A stretch of 62,750 nucleotides of DNA, filler included. It is 3 parts of 3 records of this genome, joined end to end, with 100 filler letters (N's around TTAATTAATTAA, not from the genome) between each part and the next. Parts side by side here need not be neighbours in the genome. Positions count along the whole stretch, not along the records: positions 1 to 26,899 come from SRR22947727_249; 2 more parts are not named here. The stretch is one strand, 5' to 3'. The position numbers and the translations under genes were made by a program. Shown here piece by piece: positions 8,310 through 17,442 of this stretch. The notes beneath the pieces are model-generated. The model was given only the letters and a program-made list of their open reading frames with translations, had not been told where the DNA came from and did no database searches. Numbering within the stretch: position 1 is the first letter of the stretch; each line of letters begins with the position of its first letter.

Positions 8310-10205
8310 ATGTTAATAGAGATAGCCCATTTCCTTTCCATTCTTTCAACAGGATTATTTTTTATATGCTTTATCTTTTCATTCTTTTTAAACTCTAAAG
8401 ATATATTTATTATTAACCTAGTTTCTAGAATATATTCACATAGTTTTTTTATATTTTTATCCTCTTTCTTTGTATATGTCTGGTTAGCAATAAGTGATAA
8501 CTTTAGTGTTTTATATATTGCTCAACACTCCAATATTAATCTTCCAGTTTTTTATAAAATTTCATCTATTTGGAGCGCTCATGAGGGCTCAATGTTTCTT
8601 TGGATTATTTTCTTAACAACATGGGGGGCTGTATACAATTTATTCACTTCTAATGATCAACTTTTAAAGGCAAGAACGCTTGGAGTCATATCAATAACGT
8701 CTGTTGGATTTTTATTATTTTTATTATTAACATCAAATCCATTTGAAACTATCCTTCCTGTGCCTCCAGAAAATGGTGCTGATATCAATCCAGTTTTGCA
8801 AGACCCGCTTTTGGCAATTCATCCTCCCATGTTATATATGGGTTATGTTGGCTTTGTAATAGCTTTTGGACAGGCTATAGCATTTTTATTTGAAGGTAAG
8901 CCAGAAATTAAATGGGAAAAGCAAGTTAGATCCTGGTCACTTGCTTCATGGTCTTTTCTTACTCTAGGGATTGCACTGGGTAGTTGGTGGGCATATTACG
9001 AACTTGGCTGGGGAGGGTACTGGTTTTGGGACCCAGTTGAAAATGTTGCCTTGATGCCTTGGCTTGCAGCTACTGCGTTTGTTCATTCTTTAAGTGCTTC
9101 TTCAAAATCATCTATTTTAAGAATATGGACATTATTGCTATCCATTCTTGTCTTCTCTTTAAGTTTATTTGGAGCTTTCATAGTTAGATCTGGGATTATT
9201 GATAGTGTTCATTCGTTTGCAAATGATCCTGAAAGAGGATTATATCTTCTTGCATTTATCGGACTTCTTGTAATGGTTTCATTATTACTCTTCTCATTTA
9301 GATTTAATCTCCTCCTTTCAAATAAAAAGATTGCCTCTTTATCAAAAGAATCATTTATATCGCTAAATAATATCTTCTTTGGAACGTTAATCTTTTCAAC
9401 AATGCTAGGCGTCTTATACCCTTTAATATATGAATTTATATATAATCAAAAGATAAGTGTCGGAGCTCCTTTTTATAACGCAATTTTTGTACCTATAACC
9501 TTAATAGCATGTATTTTTTTATACTTTTCAATTGATTCAAAATGGCAGCAGAGCTTAAATATAAAATCGCTTTTTCAGCCCTTACTTATATCACTAACAT
9601 TTTCAGCAACGATAGTTATCCTAGCTTTTTTTCAGTTTTCAATAACTAATTTGTGGACATTAGCATCATTGCTAATAGGCTCAATAATTATCATACGATA
9701 TATGATTGTGATTTATTTTTACTTTGTATACAGAAAATTTACCAATATCTTCAGCGTTATCGCACATTGTGGCTTGGGTCTCTTAATAATATCGATAGCT
9801 TTAAATGACAATCTAAGTTCCGAAAGGGCTTTAAATATCAAAATCAATGAAACAGAAATATATAAAGATCATCAAATAACTTTAAAAAACTTGAGAATGG
9901 TTCCTGGACCAAATTTTGATTCTGTAAAAGCAGACTTTTTAATAGAAAATCCAAATGGAAAAACTTTTACCTTAACCCCAGAGAAAAGAAAATATTTTGC
10001 TCGAGGACAAGTCACTACAGAAACTGCTATTCATGCATCTTTTTTAAAAGATATTTATCTAACAATTGGTGACCAGCTTGATGACGGAAGTTGGATTGTA
10101 AATATTCAATTTAATATATTTATTAGATGGATATGGTTTTCTGCAATGATGATGGTGGTTGCAGGGTTGTTGCTTGCTCATTCTTTATCGAGATCAAGGC
10201 CATGA
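8310..10205 (+). CDS. ccmF: Cytochrome c heme lyase CcmF
   Basis: WSAHEGS, HPPMLYMGY, WAYYELGWGGYWFWDPVEN, SVHSFA. Confidence 0.97.
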   Translation: MLIEIAHFLSILSTGLFFICFIFSFFLNSKDIFIINLVSRIYSHSFFIFLSSFFVYVWLAISDNFSVLYIAQHSNINLPVFYKISSIWSAHEGSMFLWIIFLTTWGAVYNLFTSNDQLLKARTLGVISITSVGFLLFLLLTSNPFETILPVPPENGADINPVLQDPLLAIHPPMLYMGYVGFVIAFGQAIAFLFEGKPEIKWEKQVRSWSLASWSFLTLGIALGSWWAYYELGWGGYWFWDPVENVALMPWLAATAFVHSLSASSKSSILRIWTLLLSILVFSLSLFGAFIVRSGIIDSVHSFANDPERGLYLLAFIGLLVMVSLLLFSFRFNLLLSNKKIASLSKESFISLNNIFFGTLIFSTMLGVLYPLIYEFIYNQKISVGAPFYNAIFVPITLIACIFLYFSIDSKWQQSLNIKSLFQPLLISLTFSATIVILAFFQFSITNLWTLASLLIGSIIIIRYMIVIYFYFVYRKFTNIFSVIAHCGLGLLIISIALNDNLSSERALNIKINETEIYKDHQITLKNLRMVPGPNFDSVKADFLIENPNGKTFTLTPEKRKYFARGQVTTETAIHASFLKDIYLTIGDQLDDGSWIVNIQFNIFIRWIWFSAMMMVVAGLLLAHSLSRSRP

Positions 10206-10732
10206 CTATTTTTATTAGATTTATAATAATTAGCACCGCTTTAATGTTTTTTACATTTTTTTATCTATACATAAACGATGATAAATACTACCCAGGAGCG
10301 GATTTCGCTACTTCTAATATGCCGGATTTTGAGATTAAAGATTTATATTCTGAAAGAGTTTTTAGTGTTAAAGACTTAGATGGTAGCTATTTAATTAATG
10401 TTTGGGCTAGCTGGTGTATAACGTGTCGAATAGAGCATAGTTTTTTAGCTAAATTGGAATCTAACAATATACCAATTATTGGCCTTAATTATAAAGATGA
10501 AAAAGATGACGCTATAAATTGGATAACAAAGTTTGGTGACCCATATAAGTATATTATTCATGATTACAAAGGAGAGCTTGCTTTAGACCTTGGAGTAACT
10601 GGCGCGCCAGAAACATTTTTATTAAATGATGGAAAAATTATTGTTCATTATAGAGGTGAGGTGAATGACATGATTTGGAATGATGTATTCAAGCCCATTA
10701 TCATGAAGGAGAATATTTTTAATGCTAATTAA
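10202..10732 (+). CDS. ccmG: Thiol:disulfide oxidoreductase CcmG/DsbE
   Basis: NVWASWCITC and LGVTGAPETF; the likely start is the ATG at 10202, overlapping the ccmF stop. Confidence 0.92.
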   Translation: MTIFIRFIIISTALMFFTFFYLYINDDKYYPGADFATSNMPDFEIKDLYSERVFSVKDLDGSYLINVWASWCITCRIEHSFLAKLESNNIPIIGLNYKDEKDDAINWITKFGDPYKYIIHDYKGELALDLGVTGAPETFLLNDGKIIVHYRGEVNDMIWNDVFKPIIMKENIFNAN

Positions 10733-11099
10733 GATCTTTTTATTTTTCTCAATAATATTTTCTAGCTTCACTGTAGGTGAATCTCTCTATGAGTTTGATA
10801 GCATTGAAGATGAAGAAAGATTTTATACATTAATAAAAGAAATTAGGTGTCCAAAATGCACAAGCGGCTCTCTGGCCAGCTCAAATGCACCGGTTTCTGA
10901 AGATATAAAATCAAAAATAATACAGTTAATAAAAGAGGGAAAATCAGATCAAGAAATAAAAGAATTTTTATCTGACAGGTTTGGCAATCAGGTTTTATAT
11001 AACCCAGGTTTAAGCAAAGATACATACTTTCTGTGGTTTGCACCTGGTTTATTTTTAATGCTAATTCTTCTTTTTTTCTTTTTCAGAAAAAGAACATAA
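10722..11099 (+). CDS. ccmH: Cytochrome c biogenesis protein CcmH (N-terminal redox domain)
   Basis: IRCPKC..SLASSNA, RFGNQVLYNP, C-terminal TM with LWFAP. Confidence 0.92.
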   Translation: MLIKIFLFFSIIFSSFTVGESLYEFDSIEDEERFYTLIKEIRCPKCTSGSLASSNAPVSEDIKSKIIQLIKEGKSDQEIKEFLSDRFGNQVLYNPGLSKDTYFLWFAPGLFLMLILLFFFFRKRT

Positions 11100-11878
11100 T
11101 GATAATAGTTTATTTGCTAGCTTTCATTTCATTATTTCCTGTATATGCCTACTTATTGGCACCAAAAACAAAAAATAAAGGGTATATTTTTGGCATTTCA
11201 TTTTTAATTTTAATTTTTTGTTTATTTTCATTCGTTGGTAAATATTCTTTTCTTGGTTCTATAAAAGAACAAGAAATAAATAATAAAATATTTTTAATAA
11301 TCGAGCAGGATAATGAAATACCAGTGAATCTATTTAACTCATTTGATGCAATTATTGATGAAGAAAGCAAACTTTATTGGGCCCAAAGTTATATACAAAA
11401 AGCTATGTCAGAGCAGAAGCTTCAAGCAGCTGAAAGTCTTATATCTTTTTCAGAAAAATACTTCATGACATCAGATGAAAAGTTTGTTTTTTATACTTTG
11501 TACACTCAACTTAGAGATTTAAAGTTCCCTATTTTTGCAAACTCTAAATTTATTCTTAACCTTTCTCCACCTGCTGATTGTGAAAATTATAAAGGAAATA
11601 TTTCGTTGTTTATTATGAATGGCCCGAACATACCTATTGCCAGTCAAAATTTCCAGAATTCTTTCGAAGTTTCATTAGGTAATAATAATTCTTCAATTCC
11701 TGGATTTGATCTTGCTTCAGCCTACCTCAATCAAGAAGCTTTGGAGCTTAAAGCATCATTATTTTGTGTTGAAAAAAACTTGGATTATTTTTCTGAAAAT
11801 GCCTTATTATTTGATCAAAATAATCATATAAATACCTATAATATTAGGCCAAATGAATGGTTAAAAAGAGAACAATAG
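11099..11878 (+). CDS. CcmI/CycH-like membrane-anchored protein (divergent)
   Basis: Two N-terminal TM helices; SLFIMNGPNIPIAS resembles the CcmI C-terminal domain; last gene of the ccm operon with a TAATG overlap. Confidence 0.55.
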   Translation: MIIVYLLAFISLFPVYAYLLAPKTKNKGYIFGISFLILIFCLFSFVGKYSFLGSIKEQEINNKIFLIIEQDNEIPVNLFNSFDAIIDEESKLYWAQSYIQKAMSEQKLQAAESLISFSEKYFMTSDEKFVFYTLYTQLRDLKFPIFANSKFILNLSPPADCENYKGNISLFIMNGPNIPIASQNFQNSFEVSLGNNNSSIPGFDLASAYLNQEALELKASLFCVEKNLDYFSENALLFDQNNHINTYNIRPNEWLKREQ

Positions 11879-11911
11879 TTTAATATAAACGTAAGAAAAT
11901 TATTCTCAAAA

Positions 11912-14899
11912 ATGCAGCTAAATCATATAAAACTATCAGGTTTTAAAAGTTTCGTAGATCCAACGAAGATATCTTTTCCGACAAATTTAGTGGGTGTGGT
12001 GGGGCCTAACGGTTGCGGCAAGTCTAATGTTATTGATGCTGTTAGATGGGTTCTTGGAGAACTATCTGCAAAAAATCTTCGTGGCGAATCTATGGTCGAC
12101 GTTATTTTTAATGGATCTGAAAATAGAAAACCATCTGGGCAATGCAGTATCGAGCTATTATTTGATAACTCAAGTGGAAAAATTGGTGGCGAATACGCTT
12201 CATTCAATGAAATTTCGATTAAAAGAGTTATGACTAGAGATGCTCAATCCACCTATTTTATTAACAGCACAAAATGTAGAAGAAAAGATGTTCAAGACAT
12301 ATTTTTAGGAACGGGACTAGGCCCAAGCTCATATGCAATTATTGAACAAGGCATGGTTAGTAAATTAGTAAGCGCCAAGCCTGAAGAGTTAAGAACCCAT
12401 ATTGAAGAGGCTGCTGGAGTTTCAAAGTATAGAGAAAGAAGAAGAGAAACTGAGAGCAGAATCAAAAAAACTAAAGAAAATTTATCTAGAGTTAAAGATA
12501 TTAAAGATGAGATTGAGAGGTTAATCAGAAGGCTCGAAAATCAAGCAAATGCTGCAGAAAAATATAATCAATTTAAAAAAGATGAAAGTCAGAAGCAAAC
12601 TGATATTGCAATACTATACTCACTTGAGGCTAAAAATAATCGAGATAAACTTCAAAAAAATCTTGATGCGTTAAATAGAGATTTAAAAATCAAGCAGGCT
12701 GAGTCAGATTCAAAACAAGCTCAAATTGATGAACATAGAACACAAAATGCTTCTGTTGTAGATGCATATGAAAATGCTCAAAAAAACTTCTATTCGATAG
12801 GTGCTGAAATAGCTAAATATGAATCGGACCTTCAAAATGTTAGCAAATTAGAAATTTCTAATACAGATGCTCTCGAAAGAGCAAAAACAAGCTATCAAGA
12901 TGCTGTTGAAAAAGAATCAAGCTTTAAGGATTTAAGCCCTAAAGAAAAAGAATTAAAGCTAGATATCGCTATTGTGAAAGCTCTTGACGCTCTTAAGCAA
13001 AAAAGCATTATTGATGTCTTAGTAGATCCCTTAGAAGAAAAAATTGCTCAAAAACAACATGAACTCGACTCAAAACAAAATATTGTAGATGCAGTTAAAG
13101 CAGACCAGACTGAGATTACTGAAGAAATTAAAATTCTTCAACAACAAAAATATTCTATTGAGGCTGATATTGCAAGACTTGAAGGGGCACTTCAGAACCT
13201 CAATAAGATAGAAGAGAACGCAAGATTAGATTTTGAGAAAGCAAGCAGTAATTATTCTGATGCATTGCAAAAAGAGGCTAATAGCGAACACTTAACTCCA
13301 AAAGAAAAAGCTATTCATTTACTTGATTCTATTACCGAACTATTAAAAGCATTTGGCTCCAAAGCAGATTCATTAAACTCCAAGGTTCATGAGTTAAAAG
13401 CACTGCTAATAAATATTCTTAAAATTGCATCAGATCAATCTAAAAATTATACAGCTGATTTTTTGAATAGAAAGAATCAGCTAGAAGACCTTATCAAAAC
13501 AACATCTGAAGATGCATTGTCTAAAAATAAAGAATTATCTGAGTTAAAAGAAAAGAATATAAAAATTAAAAATGAATTGGACTCTAGGTTGGAAAACCAG
13601 TTTAATGTTGATGAAAAAATTCGAGACTTAGATAGCAGCAAATCATTAGTATCGAATGAGCTGCGAAGTTTAGAAAAGAATATTTCTGATTACAGGCTTG
13701 AGTTAAGAACGCACGAGATTAATCTAGAAAATGCTTCCATGGTATTGGATAAAGCTGGTATAAGTTTATCTGAACTAGATTCATCTAAGTATGCAAGAGC
13801 AGATCTTGCAAGCCTAGAGAACTCACTTGATGAGATTCAAAAAAATATTGCTGAATTAGGGTCATTTAACCTAGCTTCATCGGAGGAATATTTAGAAAGA
13901 CAAAAAGAGCTTAATAATATGATTTCAGATGGCAAGGCTAAAAAACTTGAAATTCAAAAAGTTATGTCAGATCTTGTTGAAAAAAGCTCTATTGCTGAAT
14001 CAAAATTAACTGACATTAGACAAAAGCAGTCAGAATTTAATAACAGTTTAAGAGAATTAGAAAATCAAAAGTCTATTGCTGATCTAGATTTAAAAGCCAT
14101 TGGTGAGAAGGTTACCAACCTTAGACTTGAGCTTAAAACCCATGAAATAAATTTAGATAATGCTAATACTAAAATTGCAGAATCTGGAGTAAATATAGAA
14201 AATATTGATTTTTCAAAGTATGAAAATATGGATATTAATGAGTTGCAGAATAGTCTGACAGACATCCAAGCTAAAATTATTCGTCTTGGAGCAATTAACT
14301 TAGCAGCTCCTGAAGAAATTGCATCCGAATCAAAAAGAAAAGAAGAATTAGATATTCAGTATAATGACTTAACCGAGGCCCTTGAAAAGCTTACTGGAGC
14401 TATCAAAACAATTGATATAGAAACAAAGACAAGATTTCAAGATAGCTTTGATGCTATTAATAATAGAATGAAAGAGGTATTCTCAAAATTATTTGGTGGT
14501 GGTATAGCTGAGTTAGCTTTGACTGAGGATGATGCATTAAATGCTGGTGTGGTTATTATGGCAAGGCCTCCAGGTAAGAAAAATTCTTCTATTTCACAAT
14601 TATCTGGTGGTGAAAAAGCTTTAACTGCTTTAGCACTAGTTTTTGCAATATTTGAACTTAATCCTGCACCATTTTGTATATTAGATGAGGTAGATGCTCC
14701 TCTTGATGATCTAAATACGATGCGTTTTATAAACATGGTTGAAGAGATGTCAAAAACAGTCCAATTTATATTTATAACTCATAACAAAGTATCAATGGAA
14801 AAGAGTGATTATTTGATGGGTGTAACAATGCAGGAGGCCGGTGTTTCAAGAATGGTATCCGTTGATGTAAATCAAGCATTAGAATTTGCTGAGGCCTGA
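11912..14899 (+). CDS. smc: Chromosome segregation SMC ATPase (atypical: no recognisable hinge, duplicated arms)
   Basis: GFKSF, Walker A GPNGCGKSN, IIEQG, EEAAG, LGAINLAA, LSGGE, ILDEVDAPLDD, FIFITHNK; located upstream of zipA. Confidence 0.93.
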   Translation: MQLNHIKLSGFKSFVDPTKISFPTNLVGVVGPNGCGKSNVIDAVRWVLGELSAKNLRGESMVDVIFNGSENRKPSGQCSIELLFDNSSGKIGGEYASFNEISIKRVMTRDAQSTYFINSTKCRRKDVQDIFLGTGLGPSSYAIIEQGMVSKLVSAKPEELRTHIEEAAGVSKYRERRRETESRIKKTKENLSRVKDIKDEIERLIRRLENQANAAEKYNQFKKDESQKQTDIAILYSLEAKNNRDKLQKNLDALNRDLKIKQAESDSKQAQIDEHRTQNASVVDAYENAQKNFYSIGAEIAKYESDLQNVSKLEISNTDALERAKTSYQDAVEKESSFKDLSPKEKELKLDIAIVKALDALKQKSIIDVLVDPLEEKIAQKQHELDSKQNIVDAVKADQTEITEEIKILQQQKYSIEADIARLEGALQNLNKIEENARLDFEKASSNYSDALQKEANSEHLTPKEKAIHLLDSITELLKAFGSKADSLNSKVHELKALLINILKIASDQSKNYTADFLNRKNQLEDLIKTTSEDALSKNKELSELKEKNIKIKNELDSRLENQFNVDEKIRDLDSSKSLVSNELRSLEKNISDYRLELRTHEINLENASMVLDKAGISLSELDSSKYARADLASLENSLDEIQKNIAELGSFNLASSEEYLERQKELNNMISDGKAKKLEIQKVMSDLVEKSSIAESKLTDIRQKQSEFNNSLRELENQKSIADLDLKAIGEKVTNLRLELKTHEINLDNANTKIAESGVNIENIDFSKYENMDINELQNSLTDIQAKIIRLGAINLAAPEEIASESKRKEELDIQYNDLTEALEKLTGAIKTIDIETKTRFQDSFDAINNRMKEVFSKLFGGGIAELALTEDDALNAGVVIMARPPGKKNSSISQLSGGEKALTALALVFAIFELNPAPFCILDEVDAPLDDLNTMRFINMVEEMSKTVQFIFITHNKVSMEKSDYLMGVTMQEAGVSRMVSVDVNQALEFAEA
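12590..13309 (+). repeat. Tandem 120-aa (360-nt) protein-level duplication in the SMC N-terminal arm
   Basis: DIAI at 12602/12962, YSIGAEIA/YSIEADIA at 12791/13151 and SPKEK/TPKEK at 12935/13295 all show a 360-nt offset. End points are approximate. Confidence 0.85.
13457..14314 (+). repeat. Tandem 143-aa (429-nt) protein-level duplication in the SMC C-terminal arm
   Basis: DFLNRK/EYLERQ at 13457/13886, RLELRTHEINL/RLELKTHEINL at 13694/14123 and LGSFNLA/LGAINLA at 13856/14285 all show a 429-nt offset. Confidence 0.88.
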
Positions 14900-15528
14900 T
14901 GGAACAAAATATTGATATATATCTGATTGGTTTATCTGTTCTAATTTTCTTAATTATTACATTTCTATTCATAAGAAAAATTTCAAGCTCTGGAGAGCTA
15001 AAGGTAAAAATTGAACCTGTTACAGATTCTTTTGAGATCAAAGAGATAGATGAAATAGAGATAAAATCACAAAAAGCCTTTGACTTTAATGAGCATGATA
15101 TTGAATATGAAGAACAAAAACTTGTTGTCCTTAATTTAATATCTAACGATAAATCTATTTTTGATATCGACCAAATATATGGGTTTATGAAAAATTCAAA
15201 TGCTTTTCTTACTAACGGTTTTTTTGTAATTAAAGATACAAATAATAAAGAGTCATTTCGTATAGCAAATGCTTTAAATCCTGGCACTTTTGAAAATGAA
15301 ACAGAAACTTTTGCCATTCTTTTGGCAGCAGATTTGAACAACGTATCTAATCCATTGAGTTCAGTTAAAGAAATGGTAAATTTTGCTTATCAGTTCTCTG
15401 AAAAATTTTATGCAAATATATGTGATCAAGAAAGAATGCCTATAACAAAACAAATGATTTCACATATTGAATCACAAGCACAGGAAATTATGAGATTAAA
15501 ACAGCTCAGTGGTTTAGAAAATAAATAA
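14899..15528 (+). CDS. zipA: Cell division protein ZipA (compact)
   Basis: N-terminal TM anchor, acidic linker and a C-terminal FtsZ-binding-like domain (LVVLNLIS, FRIANALNPGTF); canonical position after smc. Confidence 0.75.
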   Translation: MEQNIDIYLIGLSVLIFLIITFLFIRKISSSGELKVKIEPVTDSFEIKEIDEIEIKSQKAFDFNEHDIEYEEQKLVVLNLISNDKSIFDIDQIYGFMKNSNAFLTNGFFVIKDTNNKESFRIANALNPGTFENETETFAILLAADLNNVSNPLSSVKEMVNFAYQFSEKFYANICDQERMPITKQMISHIESQAQEIMRLKQLSGLENK

Positions 15529-15546
15529 TTATGATTCTTAGTTAAA

Positions 15547-16830
15547 ATGAAACCCTGGAAAATAATTCAGAAATTAGAAAGTGACAATAGTAGGTTATTT
15601 AAAGAAGGCGTTATAGAAGATAATCTTCATGATATTGTTTTACAAGAGGGGTTATCAATGTGTTTAGATGCCTTGGTAACATTTGGGGTTAAACAAGTTC
15701 CTGAATCTAATGATGATGGAAAAGGACTTGATTGGAATAAATTTAATTCATCTGCACAGCTTTTAATAATGAGAGAGAGAACTGGCCATGCTGCTAGAGA
15801 TGAAATTTTGCATTTAATGTCTCTAGCTACTTCAGAGCAATGGAATGATTGGTATAGAAGAATTTTAATTAAGGATCTCAGATGTGGAGTAAGCCAGAAA
15901 ACAGTCAATAATGTTTCAAAAAAAATGGGATTAAAATATAGCGTACCTGTTTTCTCATGCATGTTAGCTCATGATGGCGCCAAGCATCCAAAAAAAATTC
16001 AAGGAAGATGTCTCGTTGAATATAAATATGATGGAGTTAGAGTCATAGCTATTACAAAAAACAATAGCACAACTCTTTATAGCAGGAATGGAAAAATTTT
16101 AGGTAATTTTCCTCATATAGAAGATGCATTAAATAAAAAAGAATTTAATAATTTAGTATTTGATGGAGAAGTGGTCAGTGATGACTTTCAGTCTCTTATG
16201 AAGCAGGTACATCGAAAAACTAATGCTAAAACTGATGATGCTTATCTAGCTCTATTCGACATAATTCCTTTAGAGGAATTTAATAAAGGTAAAAGTAAGC
16301 TCAATAGTCTAGAAAGAAAAGATTTGCTTGATGATCTATCAAAAAATTTCAACTCTTGTATTAAACCGGTTGAATATGTAATCTTAGATTTTGATACCGA
16401 AGATGGCCAAAAAACATTTTCAGGTATGAATAAGAAAGCCTTAGAAGAGGGTTATGAAGGCTTAATGATTAAACCAATTAACGATATATACGAATCTAAA
16501 AGAAGTCACGCTTGGCTTAAGATAAAACCTTTTATAGAAGTTACTCTAAAGGTCACTCAAATTCAAGAAGGTACTGGCAAGCATGAGGGTAAGCTTGGAG
16601 CATTTTCAGTTGAAGGAGAGGACGATGGTAAGTTTTTCTCTTTGAGTGTTGGAAGTGGTCTCACAGACGACGATAGAGAAAAATTTTGGAGCGCTAGAGA
16701 TTCTTTAATAGGCCAATTAATTGAAATCAGAGCCGATGCTATAACTCAAAGTATTGAAGGAGAGCACTTCAGCTTAAGATTCCCTCGTTTTAAAACTTTT
16801 AGAGGCTTTGAACCAGGCGAAAAAATCTAA
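15547..16830 (+). CDS. ATP-dependent DNA ligase with N-terminal DNA-binding domain
   Basis: Motif I EYKYDGVR, YSRNGK, III FDGEV, IIIa ALFDI, IV EGLMIK, V WLKIK, VI SLRFPRF. No signal peptide, Zn finger or BRCT domain. Confidence 0.93.
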   Translation: MKPWKIIQKLESDNSRLFKEGVIEDNLHDIVLQEGLSMCLDALVTFGVKQVPESNDDGKGLDWNKFNSSAQLLIMRERTGHAARDEILHLMSLATSEQWNDWYRRILIKDLRCGVSQKTVNNVSKKMGLKYSVPVFSCMLAHDGAKHPKKIQGRCLVEYKYDGVRVIAITKNNSTTLYSRNGKILGNFPHIEDALNKKEFNNLVFDGEVVSDDFQSLMKQVHRKTNAKTDDAYLALFDIIPLEEFNKGKSKLNSLERKDLLDDLSKNFNSCIKPVEYVILDFDTEDGQKTFSGMNKKALEEGYEGLMIKPINDIYESKRSHAWLKIKPFIEVTLKVTQIQEGTGKHEGKLGAFSVEGEDDGKFFSLSVGSGLTDDDREKFWSARDSLIGQLIEIRADAITQSIEGEHFSLRFPRFKTFRGFEPGEKI

Positions 16831-17441
16831 TGAGTATTAAATATTTAAAAGTTTCATTGATATTTTTGTTAGGCTTAACACTTCAATCCTGCATGGCAAC
16901 ACCTCCTAAGAATCCTGACAATATCTGTTTAATTTTTGAAGAAAAAAAGAGCTGGTATAAGGCTGTTATGAAGTCTGAAAAAAGATGGAAAATACCACCA
17001 TATGTATTAATGTCTTTTGTATATCAAGAGTCAAGCTTTCAATCAGATGCAAAGCCTGAGAGAACAAAATTACTATGGGTTATTCCATGGAAAAGAAAAT
17101 CAACTGCAGTTGGCTACTCACAAGCTCTAAATATGACCTGGAAAGATTATAAAGAAGAAACTGGAAACACTGGTGCAAATAGAAAAGATTTTAAAGATTC
17201 AGCAGATTTTATAGGTTGGTATGCAAGCAAAGGCTACTATCAAGGTTTTGATAGGCTAGATGCGCGTTCACTTTATCTCGCCTATCATGAGGGATATGGA
17301 GGCTTTAAGAAAAAAACTTATAGAAAAAAACCCTGGTTAATTAAAGTTGCAGATAGAGTCCAAACAAGATCTACGAAATATCAACAGCAATACTGGGGAT
17401 GTGCAAAAGAGCTTAAGAAGAAAAGGTTCTTTTTCTTTTAA
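16830..17441 (+). CDS. Lipoprotein with lytic-transglycosylase (SLT-like) domain
   Basis: Lipobox LQSC, YQESSF catalytic-Glu motif, GYSQAL, LYLAYHEG. Confidence 0.75.
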   Translation: MSIKYLKVSLIFLLGLTLQSCMATPPKNPDNICLIFEEKKSWYKAVMKSEKRWKIPPYVLMSFVYQESSFQSDAKPERTKLLWVIPWKRKSTAVGYSQALNMTWKDYKEETGNTGANRKDFKDSADFIGWYASKGYYQGFDRLDARSLYLAYHEGYGGFKKKTYRKKPWLIKVADRVQTRSTKYQQQYWGCAKELKKKRFFFF

Positions 17442-17442
17442 A

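Noticed and set aside
10127-10201. Cys-rich N-terminal extension of CcmG
   Set aside because: It is an alternate frame inside ccmF; the ATG at 10202 gives the normal TM-anchored CcmG.
14772-15341. 189-aa antisense ORF across smc/zipA, and similar shadow ORFs (818-1171, 42834-43274, 55886-56239 and others)
   Set aside because: They lie opposite or inside well-supported genes, have no recognisable motifs, and show the composition expected of antisense frames.
11912-16830. SMC plus ligase as an anti-phage or anti-plasmid system (Wadjet/Lamassu-like) or a prophage remnant
   Set aside because: There is no jetABD, effector nuclease, integrase or phage structural gene nearby. The SMC head is of the housekeeping type and sits in core smc-zipA synteny.
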